Assembly: GCA_964291315.2 (NCBI GenBank)
Contig: OZ219750.1
Coordinates: 416,001-480,000 of the forward strand
Origin: Candidatus Poribacteria bacterium
GTDB taxonomy: Bacteria; Poribacteria; WGA-4E; WGA-3G
Length of the DNA: 64,000 bases
Reading direction: 5' to 3'
Both the position numbers and the translations under genes were made by a program. Position 1 is the stretch's first letter, and each line of letters starts with the position of its first letter. The notes beneath the pieces are model-generated. The model was given only the letters and a program-made list of their open reading frames with translations, searched no databases and had not been told where the DNA came from. Shown piece by piece: positions 21,563-32,539 of this stretch.

Positions 21563-23428
21563 CTATAAAAAATAACGTTCTTTCCGTTTATCAGATTTGT
21601 ATTCTTCGTATGCCTTCTGTGCGCTATCTACTTCGGAAACTTCTGCGACAGGAACATCCCACCAAGATTCGTAGCGTGGGACTTGCTCGTAATAGTCTAC
21701 ATCGATTTTCACAACGGTTGTTTCCTTTGCCTCGCGCGCCTCATACAGGGCGGTTTTTAGGCTTTGTAGGTTTGTCGTTTCAATTACCTTTGCACCGAGA
21801 CTTGCAGCATTAGCTGCAAGATCTACTGGTAAAAAGTCACCTGCAAGTTGGCCGGTTTCTTCGTCGCGGTAACGGAAACGGGTGGCAAAGCCTTGGGCAC
21901 CTGTTGCCCGGGAGAGTGCCCCGATGCTGCTGTGTCCTTCGTTATTCACGAGAATAATGATTAATTTATATCCTTCTTGAATTGATGTGATGATTTCCTG
22001 GGCCAACATTAGGTATGAACCATCACCTACCATGACATAGACATCGCGGCTCGGATCTGCCATCTTGATGCCTAACCCACCGGCGATTTCATACCCCATA
22101 CACGAATAGCCGTATTCCAAGTGGTACTGTTTTGGATTACGGGTCCTCCACAATTTGTGTAAGTCCCCGGGTAGGCTCCCTGCCGCACAAACCATAACAT
22201 CTTCAGGACGTGAGAACTCATTAACCACACCAATCACTTCGCTTTGGCTCGGCAAGGGGCCGTGTCCAAGGTGATAAAGTCTATCAACTTCCATTTCCCA
22301 TTCCTCGCGATGCTTCCTAATTTGTGCCGCGTAGGTTGCGTCGACGTGATAATTTCCCACGGCTGTCGTAAGTTCATCAAGCGTGACACGAGCATCCGCG
22401 ACAAGAGGTAAAGCAGCGTGTTTATAGGCATCGAATTCGGCGACATTGATATTGATAAAGCGGACATCTGGGTTTTGGAAAGCGGTTTTAGAAGCAGTTG
22501 TGAAATCACTCAGGCGGGTGCCAATCGCGATCACAAGGTCGGTTTCCCGCGCGGTGATGTTTGCCCCCGGTGTTCCAGTTGCGCCTATTGCTCCGAGGTT
22601 CTGTAGGTGATTATATGACAGAGCACCTTTTCCGGCAAAGGTCTCACCGACAGGGATACCGGTCTGCTCTACAAATTGGGCGAGTAGTTCCGTGGCCTCA
22701 CTATAGATAACACCGCCCCCGGCGATGATCAACGGCCGTTTGCTCTCACGAATCCATGCCGCTGCCCGATTGAAGAGCCTCTCGTCCGCACGAGGCCGAG
22801 ATATAGTGTAAATACGCTTCTCAAAAAGTTGTGAAGGATAATCGTATGCCTCAGCCTGAACGTCTTGAGGGAGGGCTAAAGTTACAGCCCCTGTATCTGT
22901 TTGTGATGTCAGGACACGCATCACCTCCGGTAAGGCTGTGATGATTTGTTCTGGACGATTAATCCGGTCCCAATAGCGTGAGATAGGCTTGAAGCAATCG
23001 TTTACTGAATAATCTTGTGAACTCGATGACTCTAGCTGCTGTAAAACGGGGGCGACTAAACGGGTAGAAAAGATGTCGCCCGGTAACAAGAGGACAGGTA
23101 ACCGGTTAATTGTTGCCCCCGCTGCGCCGGTAAGCATGTTCGTCGCGCCAGGTCCAATAGAAGTTGTGCAGGCAAAGGTCCGAAGACGGTTATTCATTTT
23201 GGCAAACGCAGCAGCCGTATGTACCATTGATTGCTCATTTCGTGCCTGAAAGAACCGAAAAGAATCAGAATATTGTTGCAAAGCCTGTCCAATACCAGCG
23301 ACGTTTCCGTGACCAAAGATGCCGAACATACCGGCGAAAAACTGTGTTTCGTTTCCATCTCGTTCAACGTATTGTTGCTGGAGAAATTGAATGATGGTTT
23401 GTCCCATCGTAAGTTTTCGTGTTTTCAT
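21563..23428 (-). CDS. iolD: 3D-(3,5/4)-trihydroxycyclohexane-1,2-dione acylhydrolase (TPP-dependent)
   Basis: MKTRKLTMGQ, GIFGHGNVAG, TSIGPGATN, HLEYGYSCMGYE, VGDGSYLM, SWWDVPV; start moved to ATG 23428. Confidence 0.96.
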   Translation of the reverse strand: MKTRKLTMGQTIIQFLQQQYVERDGNETQFFAGMFGIFGHGNVAGIGQALQQYSDSFRFFQARNEQSMVHTAAAFAKMNNRLRTFACTTSIGPGATNMLTGAAGATINRLPVLLLPGDIFSTRLVAPVLQQLESSSSQDYSVNDCFKPISRYWDRINRPEQIITALPEVMRVLTSQTDTGAVTLALPQDVQAEAYDYPSQLFEKRIYTISRPRADERLFNRAAAWIRESKRPLIIAGGGVIYSEATELLAQFVEQTGIPVGETFAGKGALSYNHLQNLGAIGATGTPGANITARETDLVIAIGTRLSDFTTASKTAFQNPDVRFININVAEFDAYKHAALPLVADARVTLDELTTAVGNYHVDATYAAQIRKHREEWEMEVDRLYHLGHGPLPSQSEVIGVVNEFSRPEDVMVCAAGSLPGDLHKLWRTRNPKQYHLEYGYSCMGYEIAGGLGIKMADPSRDVYVMVGDGSYLMLAQEIITSIQEGYKLIIILVNNEGHSSIGALSRATGAQGFATRFRYRDEETGQLAGDFLPVDLAANAASLGAKVIETTNLQSLKTALYEAREAKETTVVKIDVDYYEQVPRYESWWDVPVAEVSEVDSAQKAYEEYKSDKRKERYFL

Positions 23429-23543
23429 GAATGTTGCTATGCGTTTTCCGTGAGGGAAACGACTTCTCCTTTTAATAAAGCAATATAGTGTGTAGAAACT
23501 GAGGCGCGGAAACGTAGTTGCATGATTTTGAAAACCACATTGA

Positions 23544-24551
23544 TCACCATCCGCCATGCTCCGCGACAAACTCATTAACCTCCGGCATCGTTGGCATAAA
23601 GTTAGCACAACCATGCCGCGTTACAACAATTGCACCAGTCGCGTTGCCAAGACGTGCGGCTTTTTCCCATCCCCAATTGCTGAGGTTACCATAAATAAAA
23701 CCGCTGGCGAAGGCATCTCCGGCACCGAGAGTGTTGTAAATTTCGACTGGAAATGGGGCTGCGTAAACGACCTCACCGCTTGTCAGGTGGACATCTGCTC
23801 CTTTAATACCGCGCTTCACAATCAGAGCATCTGGACCTGCCCCTAAGAGTGTCTCAATAGCTACCGCCATATTCCCTTCAATTGTGGGGTTCGAGATTTG
23901 CGAGTGTTCAATTGTAAGTTGTGAAAGATTTGTAAGTGTAGCCGCTTTGATTTCTTCCTCTGTACCAATTGCGATGTCAATATAACGGAGAGCTGACCGA
24001 ACAATAACTCCAAACGCTCTTGGGTCATGCCACTGATCTGCTCGGAAATCGAGGTCCAAAAAGACACGGCTGCCGATTCCGTGTGCTAGTTCTGCCGCAT
24101 AGAGCGTTGCGCTGCGGCTCGGCTCCTTGCTCAAACCTGTTCCGGATATTAACACAGCTCGACTCTCAGCAATTGGTGCGGCGAGGACATCATCTATTGT
24201 GAGTTCAATATCGGCGCAGTTATCACGGTAATAGATTAGTGGGAATCGGTCTGGCGGTTCAATACCTAGAACAACAGCGCTCGTTCTATACCCAGGTTTG
24301 CACGGAATAAATTGCGTTTCAACGCCTTCATCCTTCAAAAACTTGAGTAGAAACTCTCCAACTGGATCCTCGCCGACAGCCGTAAGTAGTGCTGCTTGAA
24401 GTCCAAGCCTTTGTACACCAACTCCGATGTTGGTAGGACACCCGCCAACGAAAGCCCCAAAGCTCTTAATGTCTGTGAACGTGGCTCCGATGTCATTCGC
24501 GTAGAGATCTATAGAGCTCCGTCCGATTGTCAGAATGTCATAGATTTCCAT
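23544..24551 (-). CDS. iolC: 5-dehydro-2-deoxygluconokinase (PfkB family)
   Basis: DILTIGRSSIDLY, GGCPTNIGVG, PPDRFPLIYYR, LGAGDAFASG; adjacent to iolD. Confidence 0.93.
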   Translation of the reverse strand: MEIYDILTIGRSSIDLYANDIGATFTDIKSFGAFVGGCPTNIGVGVQRLGLQAALLTAVGEDPVGEFLLKFLKDEGVETQFIPCKPGYRTSAVVLGIEPPDRFPLIYYRDNCADIELTIDDVLAAPIAESRAVLISGTGLSKEPSRSATLYAAELAHGIGSRVFLDLDFRADQWHDPRAFGVIVRSALRYIDIAIGTEEEIKAATLTNLSQLTIEHSQISNPTIEGNMAVAIETLLGAGPDALIVKRGIKGADVHLTSGEVVYAAPFPVEIYNTLGAGDAFASGFIYGNLSNWGWEKAARLGNATGAIVVTRHGCANFMPTMPEVNEFVAEHGGW

Positions 24552-24639
24552 CTTTTCGCAGCAAGGTTTGCGTTCAAGAACGTCTTGCTTCCGTAAATTT
24601 TTGACTTTCCTCAGCCAATTTACATGTTAATAGAAACGC

Positions 24640-25224
24640 GTCATTGCCACAGGCGATCAATTGAACACCCAGTCTCAACCATTATTCGCCGCTTTCAAAA
24701 TCGTTGATATAACACCCTAACGGAACATTGTATTTTTGTGTAACCTGATGCTCTTTTTATTTCATCTAAAAGTAGAGGGTGAGTGAGTTAACCGGAAATC
24801 CCCATAGAGGTGGATAAATCATACGGCATTTGATCGCTGTACGTACGCTTGTGTGTTGAGTTTCGTGAAATCTCGATAGTCAGTCCGATACCAAACGCGA
24901 TACTGTATTTTGTCCATTTTCGGATTTTTTCGAGAACTTTACTCGATTCTCCCATGGGATCATGACACCTATTGCTCCTCCTTCAAGGATTCGAGAGACA
25001 AAATGGTGTTCGAGAACAGGGACACGAACAATACAAGGCAAATTTTCACCTCGCGCGTCCGGGATGATCTCTTCAACGGTTTCTATAGCAAAAGAGCTAT
25101 GTTCCAAATCAGTGATGATAAATTCTGCCCCCGCATGTGCTAAAAGTGTTGCTATTGCGGATCTTCCGAATTCAAGGACAAAGGTCCCGATAAGAATGTT
25201 TCCGCGCTTCAAAGATGCCTTCAC
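24640..25224 (-). pseudogene. HpcH/HpaI aldolase family remnant
   Basis: GAEFIITDLEHS, IVRVP, ILEGGAIGVMIP, then frame is lost; 3' boundary approximate. Confidence 0.7.
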
Positions 25225-25237
25225 TTTAACTGCACCT

Positions 25238-27175
25238 CTAGCTTTGAACAGGTATTTCTGAGATTAGTTGTTGGGCTTCACTTACCATTTTCGTGGGTGT
25301 TGACATTTTTTCTCCGATCGCCAAAATCAACATGTAATAGTCGTAGGCGGTTTGTAAATCACAATTGAGGTGTGCACTTTCAGCTGCGTTAAAGTAGCAT
25401 ACAGTTGCCATTCTGTGACATTCTTCAACGAGATCTGGAAAATTTGCATAGCTATAGTTGTAGGCGGCAAGAATATAAGATTTTCCGGCTTCTTCCCATG
25501 AGCGCTGAAGTTCGAATCGGCGTCCAAGGCGAATGTAGTAAACCCCACCATTTTTCGCGTTCCGTCTGGCAAGTCGATACTTTCCTGCGACGGTGTAAGC
25601 GAATCTGGCGCGGGTATAACAGTTAGCAACAAGCTCTATGTTGTCTTGTTTGACAAAATGGCGGGCCTGTTTTTGGTAGAATTTCCCGAGTTTATTATAG
25701 AGATCTAGGGATTGCCGCGTTCGGCCCTGTTGCTGGTAAATCCGGATCTTTTGAAAGATATGAACTGCCTCTTCTTCATGTGGGTATAGGATATCGATAT
25801 GGATCTCGTCGAGTAAAAATTCTGGTGACGCTTCCTCAATTAACACGCGGTAGCTGCCTGCTGCCTTAATTTGAGGTTGGATAGGAACTATATCGGTTTC
25901 CAGTTTTTCATTGGTAAGTTCTTGATGGTCTAGCCGCGTTCTAAGGACTGCATTTTCGTTATCTGGTAATTTCTGAATGAGAGCAATGATTTCCTCAACA
26001 GTAGGGTTTGATGCTAGCGATGGTGAGGCAATATTCAGCTTCTGAAACAAGTTATCAACCGCTTTGGTCAAACTTTGTTCATCCATGCAAAGGCGAGTCG
26101 CTTTGTGAACTTCTTCAAGGGCACTTGGGTAGTCTTGGCCTTCAATGTACCCGGTGGCGAGGTTATAATGATTGTGAATTTGGGTAATCAACTTCTTGCG
26201 TTTATTATTTTCTTCTTTCTGTCGTCGTTGGAAGAAAAGGTTTTGATTTATTCGTTCTGTGACTTCAAGGGGTAGGCGGAATGTTTTCCGATAGCGTTCT
26301 AGTGCTTCTGCTAATCTTGGATTATTGGAATTGACGCTTGCATCAATGAGCTTCAAAGCTTGTCTGATGTACTCGGCTTGGTGGATACGATCTAACTCTT
26401 CATGCATCTCGGTCGCGTTCTGATGGCGCTCGGAAACCTGTCGATGGAGTGCTTTTTGTAAGAATTTGCGGAGCACCTCTGGACACCTATCTATTTCCTC
26501 TATTGCTCCGGCAGCTTTCTTCTTATCAATTTCCGTATTTTCACCTGAGAATGGAAAGCGTCCCGTTGCGGCTTGATAGAGGATGAGTGCTGTGGAATAG
26601 AGGTCGGCGCGATAGTCGTAAGATCCATAATGTTGTTCAGGTGCCATATAGCGGTGTGTGCCTGCCATAGTTTCAGCAAATTCGGTCGTTTCTCCAAAAA
26701 TGCGGGCAATACTGAAATCGGCAACTTTTGCTTGTTTATCGTCGGTGAGTAATATGTTTTGGGGCTTGATGTCGCGATGCATAATCTTGTGTGCATGTGC
26801 TTCTCTTAATCCGCAGCAGATGTCTAAGCCAATATTAATTGTGTCTGTTAGCGTCAGGGGGCCTTCCTTCATAAGTTCATAAAGACTTTTTCCTTCAACA
26901 TATTCCATCACGATCCACGCGACATAGTCATCCCTTCCCGGTTCGACTGTATGGATCGAGACAATATTCGGATGTCCCCAAATCTTTGACATCGCTTGAA
27001 ATTCATTCAGAAGGAACTTCATCCTGCTTGGTGGATAGGCTACTTTTGTTAAGGCTTTAATTGCAACAATTCTGTTTGTCAATTCTTCGCGCGCGCGGAA
27101 AACCGATGAGAATCCTCCTGAATTCAGAAACTCTAGCAACCTATATTTACCTAAGATTAATTGGTCGATTTGCAT
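25238..27175 (-). CDS. Serine/threonine protein kinase with helical (TPR-like) C-terminal region
   Basis: NSGGFSSV, VAIK, HRDIKPQN, DFS (DFG variant), YMAPEQ, DLYS; start moved to MQIDQ. Confidence 0.9.
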   Translation of the reverse strand: MQIDQLILGKYRLLEFLNSGGFSSVFRAREELTNRIVAIKALTKVAYPPSRMKFLLNEFQAMSKIWGHPNIVSIHTVEPGRDDYVAWIVMEYVEGKSLYELMKEGPLTLTDTINIGLDICCGLREAHAHKIMHRDIKPQNILLTDDKQAKVADFSIARIFGETTEFAETMAGTHRYMAPEQHYGSYDYRADLYSTALILYQAATGRFPFSGENTEIDKKKAAGAIEEIDRCPEVLRKFLQKALHRQVSERHQNATEMHEELDRIHQAEYIRQALKLIDASVNSNNPRLAEALERYRKTFRLPLEVTERINQNLFFQRRQKEENNKRKKLITQIHNHYNLATGYIEGQDYPSALEEVHKATRLCMDEQSLTKAVDNLFQKLNIASPSLASNPTVEEIIALIQKLPDNENAVLRTRLDHQELTNEKLETDIVPIQPQIKAAGSYRVLIEEASPEFLLDEIHIDILYPHEEEAVHIFQKIRIYQQQGRTRQSLDLYNKLGKFYQKQARHFVKQDNIELVANCYTRARFAYTVAGKYRLARRNAKNGGVYYIRLGRRFELQRSWEEAGKSYILAAYNYSYANFPDLVEECHRMATVCYFNAAESAHLNCDLQTAYDYYMLILAIGEKMSTPTKMVSEAQQLISEIPVQS

Positions 27176-27274
27176 AACAGCGTTTAGAGAAGTAGACAAG
27201 AACAGCTTCTAATGATGAAATTAACAAAAGTAACATTAAGCTTGAAGAAAAAGCAATTTTGGATAAACTTCAAG

Positions 27275-27928
27275 TCAGATTCTTGTGGAACGCTCGCGCT
27301 GGACCTCTGTATACAGTCTTTCAGCCCTTTCAGTGAGGGATTTGAATTCTCTTGCTTCAATGAGTTGATTATTAACCAATGCACTTCCAACGCCCAAAGC
27401 GGTAGCCCCCGCGCTGATAAATTCAGCTGCGTTTTTAGCATCGATACCTCCAGTCGGAACAAGAGGGATATGAGGTAATGGGGCTTTTATGTCCTTTATA
27501 TAGGAAGCACCGACTCCGCTCGATGGAAACACCTTGACATAATCTGCTCCGGCTTCCCATGCCATCAAAATTTCTGTTGGCGTAAATGCGCCTGGAATAA
27601 CGACTTTGCCATAGCGATTACAGGTTTCAATGACATCCACTTTGGTAACCGGACTGACGATGAACTCCGCACCTGCCAGCATCACAGCGCGAGCTGTTTC
27701 CGCGTCTAATACTGAGCCGGCCCCGACGAGAAGAGTCTCTCCATACGCTGATGATACATCGCTAATTATTTGCAACGCATTCGGTGTCGTCATCGTCACT
27801 TCAATTATGTCAACACCCCCGGCGTGAATTGCCGCTGCTGCATCAATCAACTTGTTTGCACTATTCGCGCGAATTATAGCCACAATACCACACGCTTCGA
27901 TTCGTTGCATCTGTTCTAACTTTGTCAT
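27275..27928 (-). CDS. eda: KDPG/KHG aldolase
   Basis: IVAIIR, IEVTMTTP, GAGSVLD, FIVSP, TPTEI, VKVFP, PTGG. Confidence 0.93.
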   Translation of the reverse strand: MTKLEQMQRIEACGIVAIIRANSANKLIDAAAAIHAGGVDIIEVTMTTPNALQIISDVSSAYGETLLVGAGSVLDAETARAVMLAGAEFIVSPVTKVDVIETCNRYGKVVIPGAFTPTEILMAWEAGADYVKVFPSSGVGASYIKDIKAPLPHIPLVPTGGIDAKNAAEFISAGATALGVGSALVNNQLIEAREFKSLTERAERLYTEVQRERSTRI

Positions 27929-28178
27929 GAATATCCTCAACATGAGTCCTATTAAAGCTTTGATTCAGGTAATCAGGATTAAGATACTTTCCAAGATATG
28001 AACCCTTCAGCGATGTCAGAGAAAAATGGTAAACGTTTTTTATTGTGATTTAGTTGTCAATATGTTATTATTGAACAAATCAAGTAAAAGTTCTAATTCG
28101 TAGATTCTCGCTAATTTTGTGTAATTGAGAGCAAATTTTGGTTCGTTAACTCTGCCGAAAGATTGCTTGATAAAAAGA

Positions 28179-29510
28179 ATGGAAGTTGTTCCACTGCTCC
28201 CTTACCTAATCAGTTTGATAGGTTTACTCCTTTTGTCCGGTTTCTTTTCGGGATCCGAGACAGCTTTATGCGCCCTTACCCAGGTACAAATTGAGCGTTT
28301 CCGTTTTGAAAAGGTCGGAACATCTGCTATTGTTAGTTTCGTTGATAATCCTGCTCGACTCTTTATTACTGTACTGCTTGGTAATAATCTTGTAAACGTT
28401 TCGTTTGCAATCCTCATGTTGTGGCTTATTAAACGAATTTTGCCCGATAGTACGGAAGTACTCCAATTTGCTGTAGCGACAGTCCTGAGTGTGCTGCTGA
28501 TGCTCATTTTTGGTGAGATGGCTCCAAAGACGTACGCAATTAAGCATGCAGAGACTTTTGCAAAAATAACAGCCCCGATTCTGTGGATATTTTCGATCTG
28601 CATTACACCGTTACGAGCGTTGCTGCGCTGCATTATCGACTTTCTTGTTCCTATATTTATTGGACATACACCTGACACCGAGCACCTCACTACCACGGAT
28701 TTCAAAGAAATTGTTGATGCCTATCACGAAGAAGCACTTCCCGAAGGCGAACGAGAAATTGTGAGCAATATTCTCGAATTACGCGACATTGAAGCAAGAG
28801 AAATCATGGTGCCTCGAACTGAAGTTGTTGCGGCTCCTACATCTAACACTATCCAAGAGACCCTAAAACAAGCAAAGGACTCCGGGTTTTCACGCATTCC
28901 AGTCTATCGTGAGCAGATTGATAATGTTTGCGGGATCTTTTATGTGAAAGACTTACCGCTTTGGCGGCATGCGTCAGTGAGTTCGCTCACATTGGATGCC
29001 TTCCTCGAGAAACAAGACAAAATTCCGAGAGCACCCTCTAACGCCCCTCTTATCCGAGAGCCGATTTTGGTGCTTGAAACTCGTAAGATCGGTGTATTAC
29101 TGCTGCAACTCAAACGCGAAAAAACAAAAATGGCGATTCTCCTTGATGAATATGGAGGCGTTTCAGGTATCGTTACAACTGAAGATATCGTTGAACAAGT
29201 CGTTGGCGACATCATTGATGAACATGATAGAAACGAACCTTTGGCTGATTTCGTTAAACACTCTACAGACCCGTTGTTTCTAGAAGTTTCCGGGCGAATG
29301 AGCATTAGAGAACTCAACCAACAATTCGACGAACTAAAACTGAGCGAAGACGATGTTGACACTATCGGCGGCTATACTTTCAGGCTCTTTGGTAGAATCC
29401 CTTCAGTTGGGGAATCATACATCGATGAAAACGGTATCAAATTTGAAATAATTGCTACAGAGGGCAATGTTATCACGAGCCTATTTATCGAGCTGCCAGA
29501 GAATCGTTAG
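28179..29510 (+). CDS. CNNM/DUF21-CBS-CorC hemolysin family protein (paralog 1)
   Basis: SGFFSGSETAL, LLGNNLVN, FGEMAPK, IMVPR, GFSRIPVY, DEYGG..EDIVE, DTIGG. Confidence 0.92.
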   Translation: MEVVPLLPYLISLIGLLLLSGFFSGSETALCALTQVQIERFRFEKVGTSAIVSFVDNPARLFITVLLGNNLVNVSFAILMLWLIKRILPDSTEVLQFAVATVLSVLLMLIFGEMAPKTYAIKHAETFAKITAPILWIFSICITPLRALLRCIIDFLVPIFIGHTPDTEHLTTTDFKEIVDAYHEEALPEGEREIVSNILELRDIEAREIMVPRTEVVAAPTSNTIQETLKQAKDSGFSRIPVYREQIDNVCGIFYVKDLPLWRHASVSSLTLDAFLEKQDKIPRAPSNAPLIREPILVLETRKIGVLLLQLKREKTKMAILLDEYGGVSGIVTTEDIVEQVVGDIIDEHDRNEPLADFVKHSTDPLFLEVSGRMSIRELNQQFDELKLSEDDVDTIGGYTFRLFGRIPSVGESYIDENGIKFEIIATEGNVITSLFIELPENR

Positions 29511-29639
29511 CTATCAGGGCGTTCTACTGCACTTCAATCTCAGTAATCAACAGGGTGGCAGTTGGCTGCGTTTCATCTACTAAGGTGGGTGCCTACCTGC
29601 TGGCCGCTATGTCGTAGGTTTTCCTAACAAATACAAAAA

Positions 29640-31046
29640 TTGAAAGTTCTCTTACTGTCCCTCTTTTTAATCGGTGCCAGCGGTACAACACAGCTCGCGG
29701 TGCTCAGTTCATTCGTAGTTGTTTTGCTCATTTGCCTAGTTCTATCGGCTTTCTACTCTGGTTCAGAGACAGCTCTTGTGTCAGTTAATAAAGTTCGTCT
29801 CAATCAGCTTGTTGAATCCGAGGATGCTAAAGCGAACATCATTCGTCGCTTAGTTGAATCCCCACAGCGAATGCTTGCACTTACCTTAGTTGGAACGAAT
29901 CTTGCAAATGTGCTCATTGCACAACTCGGTGAGGGGCTTGTTACACGAGGGCTTCCGAACCTCCCTGTAGGTTTACAAGGATTAATCGCTACTGCTGGTA
30001 TAACGGCTCTGCTCCTCATTTTTGCAGAAATTTTGCCGAAAACAATCTTTCGGGTCAAAGCAGATACTTTAGCACTTCGTTATGCTTATCCTTTAAGGGT
30101 TTCTGAACTGATTTTTGCCCCACTCATTTATCTCGTCCAAAATTTTACGCAATTTCTCATCAAACTCGTAGACAGAAGGGCCCGCGGTCAAAGTCCTGAT
30201 GCCCAACGTGAAGAATTGCGACTCCTTGCAATTATCGGTGAACGTTCGGGAAACCTGCTCACAGACCAACGTAGGATGATTCATAGCCTGCTCGATCTTC
30301 AAAACCGAACGGTTGCTCAAGTCATGGTCCCCCTTGTTGATATTGTTGCTATAGAAAAAAACACAAAATGCGAAGATTTTTTGCAAATTGCTGCTGACTC
30401 GGGATTTTCGAGAATACCTGTCTACGAAGAACAAATCTATAATATTATTGGGATCATTAATCTCTTGGATGTTATTTACGATGATGTTTCAGACACATAT
30501 GCCGACGGCTCAAGTTCCTTGAAAAAGAGTAATACATTAACGGATTGCAGTCAACCTAAGAAAGAGCACAACCGACCTGAAACAATTGAACCGTTTATCC
30601 GTACTGCCTTACACTTTGTGCCTGAATCAAAAGATATTAGTGCCCTTCTGAGAGAAATTCAAGACACACGGCACACTATGGTATTCCCTGTCGATGAGTA
30701 CGGTGGCACCGTTGGGCTTGTTACCGTCGAGGACCTCGTTGAAGAAATCGTCGGTGAATTTGCCGACGAGCGAGACGAGCCTGACTTCATTCGTTTAATT
30801 GCTCCGAAAATTCTTGAATGTGACGGGCGAACTGAAGTCAGTCTACTAAAAGAAAATTATGGACTTGTAATTCCCGAAGGTGACTATGAAACAGTTGCAG
30901 GTTATATCTTGGAGCGGACCGGAACCATTCCCAAAGTGGGGACTAAACTTAATTTACGCGATGCTGCTATTACAGTTAAAGATGCTGATGCCCGCGCTAT
31001 CCGCAAAATTCGTATTCAACGGAGGTTCGGGACCTTCCAATCTTAA
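29640..31046 (+). CDS. CNNM/DUF21-CBS-CorC hemolysin family protein (paralog 2)
   Basis: SAFYSGSETAL, LVGTNLAN, FAEILPK, GFSRIPVY, DEYGG..EDLVEEIVGE, ETVAG. Confidence 0.92.
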   Translation: MKVLLLSLFLIGASGTTQLAVLSSFVVVLLICLVLSAFYSGSETALVSVNKVRLNQLVESEDAKANIIRRLVESPQRMLALTLVGTNLANVLIAQLGEGLVTRGLPNLPVGLQGLIATAGITALLLIFAEILPKTIFRVKADTLALRYAYPLRVSELIFAPLIYLVQNFTQFLIKLVDRRARGQSPDAQREELRLLAIIGERSGNLLTDQRRMIHSLLDLQNRTVAQVMVPLVDIVAIEKNTKCEDFLQIAADSGFSRIPVYEEQIYNIIGIINLLDVIYDDVSDTYADGSSSLKKSNTLTDCSQPKKEHNRPETIEPFIRTALHFVPESKDISALLREIQDTRHTMVFPVDEYGGTVGLVTVEDLVEEIVGEFADERDEPDFIRLIAPKILECDGRTEVSLLKENYGLVIPEGDYETVAGYILERTGTIPKVGTKLNLRDAAITVKDADARAIRKIRIQRRFGTFQS

Positions 31047-31100
31047 ACGTGCCGACACAAGCCGTAAAACGATCTTCCCTATGCTTATTAACAAACACTA

Positions 31101-31865
31101 TTAGAGAATACCGAGTGGTGGCATCACTGTAATTTCCTCTGTTACCATACTCGACGGTTGTTGACAAATCGAAACGACGGTACCCGCTACATGTTCCGGT
31201 GTGAGCATCTGTTCAAAGTCCGGATGTTGCGGAATCTCATCCCAAAACGAGGTATGCACCGAGCCGGGTAGCACAGCAGTAACTCGAATATTTTGGTGGC
31301 GAACTTCGCTAGCTAATACCTTTGTGAATGCCAGAGCTCCTGCCTTTGCGGCACAATAAGCGCTGGATGCCTCAAAAGTAACTTTTGCCGCGATCGAAAG
31401 CACATTTACAATCTGTCCGCTGCCTTGTGCTAACATAGGTGAAAGGATAGACTTTGTGCAGAGATAAATCGCCTTTAAATTGGAGTTGATCACTGTATCC
31501 CAATCACTTGGAGTGAAATCAATAAGCGGTCCGAAACGTCCGATTCCAGCGTTATTAATCAGAATATCCACGCCTTGGTGAATGTCTAATGTCCTTTGAA
31601 TAAGCCGTTGCACAGCTCCTGGGTCGGTCACGTCTGTTGGCACGGTGAGCACGTCAGCACCACTTTCCCTGAGGTTTTCTGCGGCCTTTTCAAGGGTTTC
31701 ACGGGTCCTAGCGGCAAGCACGACTTTCGCGCCTGCGGTGGCCATACCGAACGCAATAGCTTTACCAATCCCTTTTGATCCCCCGGTAATCACGGCGACT
31801 TTTCCCTCAAGTGTTTCTGTATTTCTCTGGTGAGAAGGGGTAGGTCGCACCATCTTCGCCTCCAT
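31101..31865 (-). CDS. SDR family NAD(P)-dependent oxidoreductase
   Basis: TGGSKGIG, NNAG, YCAAK. Confidence 0.92.
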   Translation of the reverse strand: MEAKMVRPTPSHQRNTETLEGKVAVITGGSKGIGKAIAFGMATAGAKVVLAARTRETLEKAAENLRESGADVLTVPTDVTDPGAVQRLIQRTLDIHQGVDILINNAGIGRFGPLIDFTPSDWDTVINSNLKAIYLCTKSILSPMLAQGSGQIVNVLSIAAKVTFEASSAYCAAKAGALAFTKVLASEVRHQNIRVTAVLPGSVHTSFWDEIPQHPDFEQMLTPEHVAGTVVSICQQPSSMVTEEITVMPPLGIL

Positions 31866-31926
31866 ATTTCGATTTGTACTTGTGTTTTATCCGAATTAGG
31901 TATCTACAAGAACCAAAAAATTTATG

Positions 31927-32505
31927 TTAAGATATCTGGATACACCGCAAAAACTCTGCCCGCGTTGAAAAGTGCTCTCGGAATGTTCCTAACATGACAT
32001 TTGTTGTCATCCTCGGTGCCTGTTTTTGTACACCGCGTGCCATCATGCACAGATGTCGTCCTTCTATGACTATCGCGACACCTCGCGGTTCAAGTGCTGT
32101 TTCTAGAGCTTCAGCGATTTCACGTGTGAGCCGTTCTTGTACCTGTAAGCGTCGAGAAAACATATCTACGATACGCGGAATCTTACTTAGACCGATAATC
32201 CTGTTTTGTGGGAGATACCCAACGTGACACTTGCCCCAAAACGGGAGAATATGGTGTTCGCAAAGACTATAAAACTCAATATCTTTGACGATCACCATTT
32301 CATCATAATCTTCGTCAAAGATAGCCTTGTTCAAAATTTTATCGATATCTTGGTGGTAGCCGCTGGTTAGAAACTCCATTGCCTTGGCAGCGCGACTCGG
32401 GGTCCTCACAAGACCTTGTCGGTTTGGGTCTTCACCTAAATTTTTAAGAAGGTTGGCGAAAAGTTCCTCTAATTCTGGGCTAGGATCCCCGTTCTTAAAA
32501 TCCAT
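31927..32505 (-). CDS. folE: GTP cyclohydrolase I
   Basis: GEDPNRQGL..TP.R, SLCEHHILPF, GLSKIPR, RRLQVQERLT, HLCMMARG; start moved to MDFKNG. Confidence 0.96.
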   Translation of the reverse strand: MDFKNGDPSPELEELFANLLKNLGEDPNRQGLVRTPSRAAKAMEFLTSGYHQDIDKILNKAIFDEDYDEMVIVKDIEFYSLCEHHILPFWGKCHVGYLPQNRIIGLSKIPRIVDMFSRRLQVQERLTREIAEALETALEPRGVAIVIEGRHLCMMARGVQKQAPRMTTNVMLGTFREHFSTRAEFLRCIQIS

Positions 32506-32539
32506 TATGTTAAAATAGTCTCCATTGGAATAAAACAGA

